NCBI GenBank assembly: GCA_037968615.1
Contig: JBBKVX010000060.1
Coordinates: 1,336-65,335 of the forward strand
Length of the DNA stretch: 64,000 bases
Reading direction: 5' to 3'
From: Rickettsiales bacterium
Lineage (GTDB): Bacteria; Pseudomonadota; Alphaproteobacteria; Rickettsiales; UBA3002
Under the pieces are notes generated by a model that was given only the letters and a program-made list of their open reading frames with translations, did no database searches and had not been told where the DNA came from. Both the position numbers and the translations under genes were made by a program. Shown here piece by piece: positions 8,915 through 18,240 of the stretch (the stretch's first letter is position 1; the number at the start of each line of letters is the position of its first letter).

Positions 8915-9739
8915 CTAGAACAGCTTAAATTCCCGAACTTTCTGGCTGTTCGGCTTCTGCGGCTCCTGCGTCGGCACGAACGGTATGCGCTCGTTATACA
9001 CGCACATGATTTCCGGGCCACGACGCAGGGTAAAACGTGAGGAGACACGCTCGACCACAATGTAGTTGCCGCGTTTGCGGAAGTTGATGAGTTGCTCGTT
9101 GCCCGCACCATCGACATGGAAGAAGGCCGGAACTTCGGCATTCAGGTCGCGGAATTCAAAGTAGGTGAAGTTACCATCATCAAAAATACGGATCGGCTCG
9201 ATGACCGACGAACCGCGAATTTGATAATTGAAATTGTATTTCTCCGCGTCGCGCTCGAGGTCGGGCAGCGCTTCATACTGGCTGTAATCCAGCGTGTTTC
9301 CATCGCTTTGCGGATAGATGAACCGCAGCACGAACACCATGTCTGCCGAGCGGATATCCGTGGTTTCCTCGGCATGCAGCTCGAACAGGTAGCTGTTCTT
9401 GTCGGTGATGATGGTCATGTTGGTGAGCGCGTTTTGCTCGATGGGCTTGAGGAACAAACGGTTGCCCGAGGGGTTCACCATCCATGCCAGCGAATCGCCG
9501 ATGGATACGGTCTGGATTTTCTCGTCCTCTGCAAACTCGATGGTCGACTGGTAGCCGTAATGGCCGACGAACTGGTAGACTTCGTTGGGGCTGAAACGCA
9601 GCGTGCGAATGCGGCTGTCGGTGGCGATGGCGCGGGGTTCCTGAAGGGCCTGTGCGGCGCTCGGCGCGAAAGCCAAAAGCGCAAGCGCAAGCAATGCGGC
9701 GACGTTGCGGCGACGATCAGGGAGTCTGGCTGACGGCAT
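8915..9739 (-). CDS. virB9: VirB9/TrbG/CagX-family type IV secretion outer-membrane core protein
   Basis: Signal peptide; DSRIRTLRFSPNEVY..., NRLFLKP...LTNMTIITDKNSYLFEL, FDDGNFTYFEF and LRRGPEIMCVYNE follow the VirB9 pattern. Confidence 0.8.
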   Translation of the reverse strand: MPSARLPDRRRNVAALLALALLAFAPSAAQALQEPRAIATDSRIRTLRFSPNEVYQFVGHYGYQSTIEFAEDEKIQTVSIGDSLAWMVNPSGNRLFLKPIEQNALTNMTIITDKNSYLFELHAEETTDIRSADMVFVLRFIYPQSDGNTLDYSQYEALPDLERDAEKYNFNYQIRGSSVIEPIRIFDDGNFTYFEFRDLNAEVPAFFHVDGAGNEQLINFRKRGNYIVVERVSSRFTLRRGPEIMCVYNERIPFVPTQEPQKPNSQKVREFKLF

Positions 9740-10427
9740 AGCTCACTACCTTAAACTGCAAATCTTCCACCAAAACATCCTTCTCCCCGGTTTGGGGGTC
9801 GGTCACCTCGGTGGTTCGCATCGGACTATAGGCGTAGGTAAGCGTCGCCGTCCACTGGGATTTCGGTTGCGTGCCAACACCTTCCAGTTCTGTGGAAAAC
9901 TTTACGACGGCCTGCGTCGCACCGTTGAGGGCGATGGTTTGCACCGTAGCGATGCGTTTGCCCGACGTACCGAGGATGGCCACCGGACTGCGCGGGTTGG
10001 CCGCGCCGTACAGCGCGTCGTAGGAGGCAAATACCGACGCTTCGGAATGGGCGCGGATGAAAGCGAGATTGATGGCGTATTCCTGCGCCGTGTAGGATTC
10101 GCGGCGCTCGACATATTCTTGCAGAAGGAACCGCTCCAGCGCGGTTTCCAGTTTCTGCCCCGTCGGCCGCACTCGGTTGATCACGGGGATCACGCGGTCG
10201 GGCGCGGTGGTGGCCACCAGCAAAGCGGGGCGCTCGGTCAGCGGCAGGAACGTCATCAGCGCCACAAACCCCACCAGCGCGATCAGCCCCGCCATGATGG
10301 CGACGAGCAGGAAAAACGACCGCTCGGCGATCGGCCCGATATAAAGGGCTTGGAACCAGCTGCGCGCTTCCGAGAAGTACTTGCCGCTGCGGATCAGCTC
10401 CGCAACTTCCTGTTGTTCGTTATTCAT
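9717..10427 (-). CDS. virB8: VirB8-like type IV secretion inner-membrane protein
   Basis: N-terminal cytoplasmic tail, a single TM (FFLLVAIMAGLIALVGFVALMTF), then FLLQEYVERRESYTAQEY, which resembles the VirB8 NTF2-like domain signature. It overlaps virB9 by 23 nt. Confidence 0.65.
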   Translation of the reverse strand: MNNEQQEVAELIRSGKYFSEARSWFQALYIGPIAERSFFLLVAIMAGLIALVGFVALMTFLPLTERPALLVATTAPDRVIPVINRVRPTGQKLETALERFLLQEYVERRESYTAQEYAINLAFIRAHSEASVFASYDALYGAANPRSPVAILGTSGKRIATVQTIALNGATQAVVKFSTELEGVGTQPKSQWTATLTYAYSPMRTTEVTDPQTGEKDVLVEDLQFKVVSYAVSQTP

Positions 10428-10519
10428 GAATTTTAATTCAAAAGTTAATAAATTAAGTGCAGTGTAACCACCGGTATGGTATTGTAAACATTCAATCCGG
10501 CAAACGCGACAAACGCCGG

Positions 10520-13228
10520 ATGATTTCGGTGTGTGGGTGCATGATTCCGACAGAACGAGGGCGCATTAGGTCATTTCTAACGGTTGCAGCTGCGTTGGCG
10601 CTGTCCGCACCTGCCTACGCGCAGTTATGTTCCGATTCTGGCGGAGGCGGCAATCTCGATTGCGACAACAGCTACCGCGACACCGTGCTCACCTGCACCG
10701 ACACCTACACCGCGCGGGATAAGGACGGAAAAACCCTCACCCTGCCCAGCATGTTCCCGGCCTGCCCCAGCGAACCCATGCCCATGCGCGACACCGAACG
10801 CCTGTCGTTCATCAAGGATTTCTCGCCCTATCTCTACGATTACGCGCGCGACCCCGACGACGCCACCCGGCCCTACAGCGGCTACATCGCGCGCGGCACC
10901 AAAGGCGACCCCAGCCAGACCTTCGCCGCCATCGGCAACGCGCCCGTGGGCGTCAATCGCCAGAAAGGCTGCGTCAATCAAATCGATCTAAGCGTGGGCG
11001 ACACACCCGCCGAGCGCGCGAAACTCATTCGCCTGCAGCTCGACAACTGCGCCAACCAGTTCATTTTGAACAGCGCCCCCTACCCCTTCCATAAAGCCGG
11101 GTCGAACCTCATCTGCGCCACCGCCGACAACGCCAGCCGCCGCTGCACGCAGGAAGATCTCTGCCAGCCGCTGCGCATGCGCACCGATCCGAAACAGGAA
11201 TACCAAGCCAACACCTACATCAAAGCCGCTTGGAAAAAACTGCTGCAAACCCCCAGCTACCGTAAAACCGAGGATGCGCCGAACGAGCCCCACCTGCCCG
11301 ACGGCATCACCCTGAGCAACCCCATCGAGCCCTCCCCCGCGACGGATTCCACGATCACCCTCTCTGGCATCGCCGCCACGGAATACGAAGAGATCATCGA
11401 CCCTTCACACCCGTTCTCACCGCGCTGGGATTATAAATACAATGAGCGCGACTATTACTCGCCCAAAACCAGCACCTACATGTCCAAGTTCCATAACGAC
11501 AGCAAAGCCGTGTACTGCGCGGGCAATCGTGGCGATTCCGGTGATAAAACGCGCGATAAGAACACCAAAGTGGATGTGCTGGAATTCCGTCGCGAGAAAT
11601 TCGACAAAGGCACCACCAACCGCATCAACTACAACACCGCCTGCTATAACGATCGCGGCAGCGAAACTGTAAAGATGCTGCTGCCGCCCTACATTCTTGG
11701 CGCCAGCGCCAGCACGCCGCAATTCCTGAAAATGGCCGCCGGGGCATACTGCTATAAAATTACGCGTCCTCCCATCCCCCAAACTCCGGCCACAGCGGGC
11801 TATCCCGGCGATGCCGAGCGCCTACCCTGCTGGCAATGCTATGGCTTGAACGGCAAAGTGAGCGACGAAGGCAAAGGCCAGTTGCCCCCCTGCACCACCC
11901 GCTACGACAGCGCCGACCAGAAAATGATCAGCAAAAAAGGCTCCGCCCCCGTCTTCCCCGGCGGGAAGAACAGCTACAAGCGCGAAGCCGTCTGCACCGC
12001 CAACTTCGCCGAGAAGAAAACCCCGATGAGCACCCTGTGCAAAGACCTGCGTGCGCCTTACGTGCCGTTGAACAAACTGAAAATGCGCTACCACAACCCC
12101 GAAGGCACCGCCGCCGATAAAGGCGGGCCCGAGAATCTGGTGCTCAAAGGCGGCGTGCAGGAAGGCCTGTGGCACAAAGAATATTTCGAGGACCACATGC
12201 CCTACCCGCGCCTGTGGGATGTTGGCAGCTCCATCCAAAGAACTTCCGCCACCGACCAAGACCCGAACGATAATTTCGGCCAGTTCACCGCCATCGTGGG
12301 TGTGGGCCGTGAGGGCAAAGTAGGCAGCGGCGAAGGCACCGACGACCAGCGCTGCATGTATGGCGGCTGGGGCGGCGATGTGAGCATTGGCCGCGTGAAC
12401 ATTCAGGTGCCCGACCCCATCACCAGCTGGACCGAGCTGAAACTTTACCAAGCGTACACCACGCGCGAGACCAACGGCATCATCTGCCTTGGCCGCTACG
12501 AAAAAGCCTTCAAACACCGCAGTCCGGAGAACCAGCAATTGGTGGCGGGCGGCGCGGTGCGCACGGGCATCATCCGCCAGAAATGCGCGCTGAACGACAA
12601 AAACCGTACCACCGATTGTCAGAGCCAAGAGATTGGCGAAGAAACCGCCGATGGCGCCGACGACAGCAGCAAAGATTGGGAGAGCCTGCAATACATTCAG
12701 GACAACATGCCCCTCGCCTGGCGCGGTTACATGGGCCCGCGCGACGCAAGCCAAAGCTTCGCCCAACTCACGGGCGGCAAGGGCCTCATCACCGGCCTCG
12801 ACAACGCGCATTGCGGCGACTTCATTTTGATGCCCTACGGCGGCGGCACGGAGGGCGACGCCTCCACACGTGGCCTGCCGAAACTGGCGCGCGTCGAATG
12901 CCCTTCAGGTAAAAAATTGCCCGGTCAGGAAAGCGCCGTTCGCACGCTGGATGGCAAACATTACATCGAGGTCAAGGAAGCCGATAATGGCAAATGGCCC
13001 GATGTTTGCGGCACCACCGACGTCATGGGCGAGCTGAAAACCCGCAAACTGTTCAAACCCGGCGAAATGCGCAAAGTGGTGGAGTCGGAACTGAAACGCT
13101 TGAACTGGACCACCAGTTGCGCCGACACCAAGTTGACCGAATGCGAAATGCAGCCATGGAGCACGCTCAAGCTCTACCGCCCGGTGAGTGACGTGCTGAA
13201 AGGCACCAGCGGCGAGGCAACGAAATGA
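10520..13228 (+). CDS. Large secreted Cys-rich protein of unknown function (~900 aa)
   Basis: Signal peptide (RIRSFLTVAAALALSAPAYA|Q), about 30 or more Cys spread along the protein, and no TM helix after the signal peptide. No domain recognised. An alternative start exists at 10541. Confidence 0.7.
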   Translation: MISVCGCMIPTERGRIRSFLTVAAALALSAPAYAQLCSDSGGGGNLDCDNSYRDTVLTCTDTYTARDKDGKTLTLPSMFPACPSEPMPMRDTERLSFIKDFSPYLYDYARDPDDATRPYSGYIARGTKGDPSQTFAAIGNAPVGVNRQKGCVNQIDLSVGDTPAERAKLIRLQLDNCANQFILNSAPYPFHKAGSNLICATADNASRRCTQEDLCQPLRMRTDPKQEYQANTYIKAAWKKLLQTPSYRKTEDAPNEPHLPDGITLSNPIEPSPATDSTITLSGIAATEYEEIIDPSHPFSPRWDYKYNERDYYSPKTSTYMSKFHNDSKAVYCAGNRGDSGDKTRDKNTKVDVLEFRREKFDKGTTNRINYNTACYNDRGSETVKMLLPPYILGASASTPQFLKMAAGAYCYKITRPPIPQTPATAGYPGDAERLPCWQCYGLNGKVSDEGKGQLPPCTTRYDSADQKMISKKGSAPVFPGGKNSYKREAVCTANFAEKKTPMSTLCKDLRAPYVPLNKLKMRYHNPEGTAADKGGPENLVLKGGVQEGLWHKEYFEDHMPYPRLWDVGSSIQRTSATDQDPNDNFGQFTAIVGVGREGKVGSGEGTDDQRCMYGGWGGDVSIGRVNIQVPDPITSWTELKLYQAYTTRETNGIICLGRYEKAFKHRSPENQQLVAGGAVRTGIIRQKCALNDKNRTTDCQSQEIGEETADGADDSSKDWESLQYIQDNMPLAWRGYMGPRDASQSFAQLTGGKGLITGLDNAHCGDFILMPYGGGTEGDASTRGLPKLARVECPSGKKLPGQESAVRTLDGKHYIEVKEADNGKWPDVCGTTDVMGELKTRKLFKPGEMRKVVESELKRLNWTTSCADTKLTECEMQPWSTLKLYRPVSDVLKGTSGEATK

Positions 13229-14823
13229 CCCGCCTCGTACGCATCGCTCCGCTTTTCGCCATGGCCGCGCTGTTTGCCAGCCCCTCCTACGCGGTTGATT
13301 GCGCCAGCCTCATGGCCAACATGACCAAAAAGAACGCCAGCAGCCGCGCCGTCAGCCAAGTGGATGATTGCATCCTGCGTGGCTGGGAACCTTCGGTCAC
13401 CATGCGCCCCGATAATGGCCTTGGCGCCGCCGCCCTTGCCAGCGGTGGTGGTGGCTTCGTGGCGGCAGGCATTCAGGCACCCAACGAACCGCCCGCCGTG
13501 CGTGGCCGCGCCGCCAGCGTCAGCGCTGCTAAAATGGGCTTTGCCGGCATGTTCCCGCCGTGGAAAGGCTTCCCCTGCCAGCTTCCCGGCGGTAAAAATA
13601 TCTGCGAAGGCGACGGTGATGGGGGTGGCGATACCTCCGGCGGCGGCGGCGACGGCACCACCACTGGCACCTGCCCAGTGAACGACGACACCACGGGTAC
13701 GTTCGGTCAAAAACAAGAAATCACCGCCTCCAGTAAATTCTCGCTTACTTGCGGAGGCGCGGCACCGCTTTCGACCTACCAGATCACGCTCAGCAAAAAT
13801 CCCGGCGGCATGGTATCGACGGAATATGGCAGCCCCTACATTTGGGCCTATAAAATCAACCCCAGCGGCGGCTACACATCTACCGGAGCCGCAGTAAAAA
13901 TGCCCACCTACCTCTGCCGCCACGATGGCAAGAGCATGGTGGAATCGGTGCGGCTGCAAGCCCCCATCGCGCAAATGATCGTCTATAATGCGGGCGCCAG
14001 CGCCGTCGCCATTCGCCTCATCCCCGAAAGCGATCTGCCCGACCCGATGTTCCCCGACCCCAGCGAACCCGCCGAGAATTACCTGATTGTGCCGATGCGC
14101 AATGGCATACCGCAAATGCCGAGCGATTGCGCCAACGAGTCCGATGTTTACAAACCACTCACCGACGCCGGGGGCGACCTCACCTTCGAAAGCACTGTGC
14201 AACCCAACTGCGAAGGGCCAGAAGGCTTCTGTTCCAGCACCGCCGTCACCACAACGGTCGCGGGCAGCACAGGTGTTTCCGCCCTCCCCAATTGCGAAAC
14301 GGTAGCGGTCTATCCCAGCAGCAGTGACGGCACATCAAGCGGCGGCACCGATTGCAGCGCCACGACCCAAATGTTGGTCGTCGATCGCCCAAATCTGGTC
14401 TACCCGCCCGGCAGCAGCATCTCCGCCTCCGCCATTGAAGGGCGCACGGCCGTGCTAGCCGCCACCACTGCAGGCAGCAAAATATACACCTCGTCGGAGG
14501 CCATCATTCGTCTGAACCGCGGCGGCTCGCCCTTTACGCTGCCTGAAGGCGGCATGCTGGCGCTGCGCAATGGCGGGCGGTTGGTGATGAACGCCCCCGC
14601 CACCATCAACACCGCGAACGGCAGCATTCTGCTCACCAACGGCGGTTCGATACATGATGCGGGCGGCACCGCGCTCGCCAACTATTCGGCCAACACCAGC
14701 GTCTCGCCGGAAGTCACCTGGCCGATGACCGTGCGCTTGAACCGCAACATCGATATGCCCGCCGGATACATGGTGCCGACGCAGCCTGCGCCGTTCGTGC
14801 GTGGCCCGGTCAACGAACCGTAG
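13225..14823 (+). CDS. Secreted protein of unknown function (532 aa), Gly-rich linker and Cys-rich, beta-rich C-terminus
   Basis: ATGA overlap with the upstream gene; signal peptide MTRLVRIAPLFAMAALFASPSYA; GDGDGGGDTSGGGGDGTTTG linker. Confidence 0.7.
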   Translation: MTRLVRIAPLFAMAALFASPSYAVDCASLMANMTKKNASSRAVSQVDDCILRGWEPSVTMRPDNGLGAAALASGGGGFVAAGIQAPNEPPAVRGRAASVSAAKMGFAGMFPPWKGFPCQLPGGKNICEGDGDGGGDTSGGGGDGTTTGTCPVNDDTTGTFGQKQEITASSKFSLTCGGAAPLSTYQITLSKNPGGMVSTEYGSPYIWAYKINPSGGYTSTGAAVKMPTYLCRHDGKSMVESVRLQAPIAQMIVYNAGASAVAIRLIPESDLPDPMFPDPSEPAENYLIVPMRNGIPQMPSDCANESDVYKPLTDAGGDLTFESTVQPNCEGPEGFCSSTAVTTTVAGSTGVSALPNCETVAVYPSSSDGTSSGGTDCSATTQMLVVDRPNLVYPPGSSISASAIEGRTAVLAATTAGSKIYTSSEAIIRLNRGGSPFTLPEGGMLALRNGGRLVMNAPATINTANGSILLTNGGSIHDAGGTALANYSANTSVSPEVTWPMTVRLNRNIDMPAGYMVPTQPAPFVRGPVNEP

Positions 14824-15511
14824 CGAGATATTCCTCGGCCACGCGCAACCCTTCAAGGTCGCCCACATTCAGCCAGTCGCCCTCATGCACCACCGCATGG
14901 ATGCGCTGGTACCAACCGTCCGGCCCGAGGCTCCGGTTCCAGAGCTTGTTCAGCGAGAATGCGCCTTCGGGGCATTCCGCAAACACTTCCGGATGCATCA
15001 ACTGCACGCCCGTGAACACATAATCCGCCTCTTCGCCCGGTTGGGGGCGGCGCAGCGTGTGCGCGTCGAAAATGAAATCGCCGTTGCCCTGCCAACCGAT
15101 GGCGCGGGCGCGCGGCACCACCAGCATCACAAAATCATTGTCGCGGCTCCATGCCTCACGCATTGCGGGAATGGGGTGCGCGCCCAGTAGGATCGCGTCG
15201 GAATTCATCGTCAGGAACGGGCCTTTGCCCAACAGCGGCAGCGCTTTGCGCACACCGCCTCCGGTTTCCAATGCGGGTTCGCCCTCGCGCGAAATCGTGG
15301 CGCGTGCCCCTAAATGTTCCTCCAGTTGCGCTGCGCGGTAGGAGCTGTTCACCACCACATCCGTGATGCCCCCCGCCTCCAACCACTCCATGCACCAATC
15401 GATGAGCGGTTTGCCCGCCACCGGAATCAGCGGCTTGGGCAACGTTTCCGTCAGTGGCCGCATGCGTGTGCCGAGCCCTGCGGCAAGGATCATGGCGTGG
15501 GTGAGTTTCAC
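14810..15511 (-). CDS. murU: Sugar-1-phosphate nucleotidyltransferase, probable MurNAc-alpha-1-P uridylyltransferase
   Basis: ILAAGLGTRMRPLTETLPKPL N-terminal motif; 4-nt overlap with the upstream kinase gene; tsaE-amgK-murU synteny. Confidence 0.7.
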   Translation of the reverse strand: MKLTHAMILAAGLGTRMRPLTETLPKPLIPVAGKPLIDWCMEWLEAGGITDVVVNSSYRAAQLEEHLGARATISREGEPALETGGGVRKALPLLGKGPFLTMNSDAILLGAHPIPAMREAWSRDNDFVMLVVPRARAIGWQGNGDFIFDAHTLRRPQPGEEADYVFTGVQLMHPEVFAECPEGAFSLNKLWNRSLGPDGWYQRIHAVVHEGDWLNVGDLEGLRVAEEYLATVR

Positions 15512-16536
15512 GCGATACCGCCGATGGAGGCATCGACCTTGATCGCTCCGCGCGCCGCTTCCGGCACATGCGCCTCCACGAACTCACGGATGGGCGCCAG
15601 CATCGGATGCTCCAGATCGCGCATGAAATGCTGCCACACGCGCGGCAGATAACTCAGATAAGCGGGCTTATGATCGCGCACACAGAGCCGCACGAAGATG
15701 CCGATGATCTTGGCGTTGCGCTGCGCCGCCAGCACATGGTAACGGCGCGAGAAATCCTCGCGCTCCTCACCGGTTTTCGACAAATAATGCTCTAGCGCGA
15801 GACGCACCGTGGCGTCTGACACATCGCGGCGCGCATCCTCCAGCAACGAGGCCACATCGTAGGCCGCATCGCCCCACAGCGCGTCCTGATAATCCAACAT
15901 GCCCACCGCCTTGTGCCCATCGCGCGGATGCAGCCAGAACAGGTTGTCGGCGTGGTAATCGCGGTGCACGAGGCAGGCTTGCTGCAACCCTGCCTGCGCA
16001 ATCACCTCCCGCCAACGCGCTTCCCATTCGTCGCGCAAGCTGATGGCGTGTTTCGTGCCCTGCAATTGCGGCAGGAACCAATCGCTGAACAGCATCACTT
16101 CCCGCAGATACACCGCGCCGTCATACGGCGGCAGATCGATGCAGGACGTATCCGAAATCCCTGCAATTTCCACCAGCGCATCGATGGCGACGACGTACAG
16201 ATCGCGCTCGCGGGCAGGCGTTTCCTTCAGCAACCGCGTGAACGACGCATCGCCGAGATCCTCCAACAGCAAAAAACCCTGCTCCTCATCGGCCGCGATG
16301 ATGCCGGGCACGCTGGCGCCGCAGGCTTCAAGCTGCCGCGTCACATGCAGGAACGGGCGCACATCCTCCCATGGCGGCGGTGCGTCCATCAGCACGGCGA
16401 TTTTTCCGGCATGCTCCACCCGCTCGTAACGGCGGAACGAAGCATCGGCGGCCAGCAAATGGCGGCGCGCGCCATCCCACCCGATGCGGGTGAGGAACGC
16501 ATCCATTTCCGGGCCGCGGTCGGGGCGTGGGCTCAT
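15508..16536 (-). CDS. amgK: Aminoglycoside-phosphotransferase-fold kinase, probable anomeric MurNAc/GlcNAc kinase
   Basis: LVHRDYHADNLFWL (HxDxxxxN) and DYQDA motifs. The start is taken at MSPRPD, which gives an ATGA overlap with the tsaE stop; the ORF opens at 16647. Confidence 0.68.
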   Translation of the reverse strand: MSPRPDRGPEMDAFLTRIGWDGARRHLLAADASFRRYERVEHAGKIAVLMDAPPPWEDVRPFLHVTRQLEACGASVPGIIAADEEQGFLLLEDLGDASFTRLLKETPARERDLYVVAIDALVEIAGISDTSCIDLPPYDGAVYLREVMLFSDWFLPQLQGTKHAISLRDEWEARWREVIAQAGLQQACLVHRDYHADNLFWLHPRDGHKAVGMLDYQDALWGDAAYDVASLLEDARRDVSDATVRLALEHYLSKTGEEREDFSRRYHVLAAQRNAKIIGIFVRLCVRDHKPAYLSYLPRVWQHFMRDLEHPMLAPIREFVEAHVPEAARGAIKVDASIGGIA

Positions 16537-16964
16537 ATCCAATCCTTTTGCGTGTCGAGGGTCACGGTGCGCGTGCCATCGGTCGCCAGTACGAATTCCA
16601 ACGTCGCGGTGATGGGAAGCCGATAGCCGCCCAGCCGCTCGGGCCATTCAATCAACACCAGATGCGCGGTGGCATCTTCCAACGCCAATTCATCGAGCGC
16701 GCGCTCATTTTCAATCCGGTAGAGGTCATAATGCCACACTTGCCCCAGCTTCACATCGTAGGTCTGAAGCAGCGTGTAGGTGGGGCTGGCCACCTCCACC
16801 TCCGCCCCGGCGAGGGCCTGAATAAGGTACCGCGCGAAGGCCGTTTTTCCGGCACCGAGGTCGCCTTTCAGCGCCAGCACATCGCCCAACGCCACGCGCG
16901 CGGCCAGCTTTTCGGCCAGCGCTTTGGTGGCTTCGAGATTGGCCAATGCGCATGTTCTCTGCAT
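16533..16964 (-). CDS. tsaE: tRNA t6A37 biosynthesis protein TsaE (P-loop ATPase)
   Basis: LKGDLGAGKTAFARYL Walker A motif plus HYDLYR and the typical size. Confidence 0.88.
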   Translation of the reverse strand: MQRTCALANLEATKALAEKLAARVALGDVLALKGDLGAGKTAFARYLIQALAGAEVEVASPTYTLLQTYDVKLGQVWHYDLYRIENERALDELALEDATAHLVLIEWPERLGGYRLPITATLEFVLATDGTRTVTLDTQKDWI

Positions 16965-17158
16965 TAATCGCGCTCGTCGATCCAGGCCATTTGAATGGCC
17001 TCAAGAATTTTCTCGTTGCAGCCATCGGGCTTGTCGGCGAACCCCGGCAATGCCACCACCCATTGGCGCAAATCGGTGTAACGCAGATTCACGTTATCAG
17101 CCTGTGGGTGCGCTTCCTCGAGTTCGATGGCAATTTTATTTACATCCGTCCAACGCAT
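16964..17158 (-). CDS. iscX: IscX (YfhJ)-like Fe-S assembly accessory protein
   Basis: MRWTDVNKIAIELEEAHPQADNVNLRYTDLRQWVVALPGFADKPDGCNEKILEAIQMAWIDE aligns along its length with E. coli IscX as I recall it. The start is internal to the 101-aa ORF. Confidence 0.6.
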   Translation of the reverse strand: MRWTDVNKIAIELEEAHPQADNVNLRYTDLRQWVVALPGFADKPDGCNEKILEAIQMAWIDERD

Positions 17159-17237
17159 GGTAAAGCTCACTTTCGTATTAACGTCCCAGTAATAAAAACA
17201 ACGTACAGTCACCCGCACAGAAGTGAGGCAGTTTCCC

Positions 17238-17624
17238 ATGGCTATCAACAAAAATATGCCGATCATCATTGTCGATGACTACAAGACCATGCTTCGCATT
17301 GTGCGCGGGCTGCTCAACCAGCTTGGTTTCGTGAACATCGACGAAGCCACCGACGGCACCATGGCGTGGGACATGATCCAGAAAAAACCGTACGGCCTCA
17401 TCGTGTCCGATTGGAACATGGAGCCGATGTCGGGCTTCGAGCTGCTGAAACTGGTGCGCAACAACGAAAAAACCCGCCAGCTCCCTTTCATCATGGTCAC
17501 CGCCGAGAGCAAGACCGAGAACATCATCGCCGCCAAACAGGCAGGCGTAAGCAATTACATCGTGAAGCCTTTCAATGCGGAAACGCTCAAACAGAAATTG
17601 CAGGCCGTTTTCGGCCCGATGTAA
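17238..17624 (+). CDS. cheY: Chemotaxis response regulator CheY (single receiver domain)
   Basis: IIIVDDY...SDWNMEPMSG...MVTAES...KPF contains the acidic pocket, phospho-Asp, Thr and Lys of a receiver domain. Confidence 0.9.
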   Translation: MAINKNMPIIIVDDYKTMLRIVRGLLNQLGFVNIDEATDGTMAWDMIQKKPYGLIVSDWNMEPMSGFELLKLVRNNEKTRQLPFIMVTAESKTENIIAAKQAGVSNYIVKPFNAETLKQKLQAVFGPM

Positions 17625-17640
17625 TTCAGGAGAAGCCAGA

Positions 17641-18171
17641 ATGACCAATAAGCCCACCGCGAAAGAGCTCGAAAATGAAATCGAGAACCTGGCCCAGTAC
17701 ATCACACAGGCGAAAACCGAGATCGCGGCCATCAGCCTCGCCAGTGAAGAGACCGGCTCCGATAAAAACCTCGGCACCGCGCAGCTCGAACTAAACGAAG
17801 TGGTGCGCCACACCGAAGAAGCCACCAACACCATCATGGATAAGGCAGAAGCCATCATGGCCGCTGCGGGCGCCATGGGCGAAGCCGGTGCGCCGCTGGG
17901 CAACTACGCCGTCGAAATCCTCGAGGCCTGCTCGTTCCAGGACATCACCGGCCAGCGCATCAAAAAAGTGCTCAAAACCATCGAACAGATCGAACTGCGC
18001 GTTGGCAACCTCGTGAAACTGTTCGGCGGCGAATTGCCCGAAGGCATGGCCTATGGCGAGATCGACACGGGCGCCCCCAAACGCGCCGACGAAGCCCTCA
18101 TGAACGGCCCGCAAATGAGCAAAGACAAGCCCACGCAGGACGACATCGACAAACTCTTCGCACAGTCCTAA
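17641..18171 (+). CDS. cheZ: CheZ-like CheY-P phosphatase
   Basis: FQDITGQRIKKV contains the CheZ D-x3-Q catalytic motif. AGGAGA RBS; immediately downstream of cheY. Confidence 0.7.
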   Translation: MTNKPTAKELENEIENLAQYITQAKTEIAAISLASEETGSDKNLGTAQLELNEVVRHTEEATNTIMDKAEAIMAAAGAMGEAGAPLGNYAVEILEACSFQDITGQRIKKVLKTIEQIELRVGNLVKLFGGELPEGMAYGEIDTGAPKRADEALMNGPQMSKDKPTQDDIDKLFAQS

Positions 18172-18240
18172 ATCGCCGTGGCTAACAGCCAGTAAATGCT
18201 TGCTACATTTGATTTTTACTTCGATGATGCTCGGTAAAAA

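Noticed and set aside
17178-17192. TTAA-CGTCCCA-GTAA upstream of cheY, as a possible CtrA box.
   Set aside because: One mismatch in the second half-site and no supporting evidence. I kept only the perfect box at 55305-55320 as a feature.
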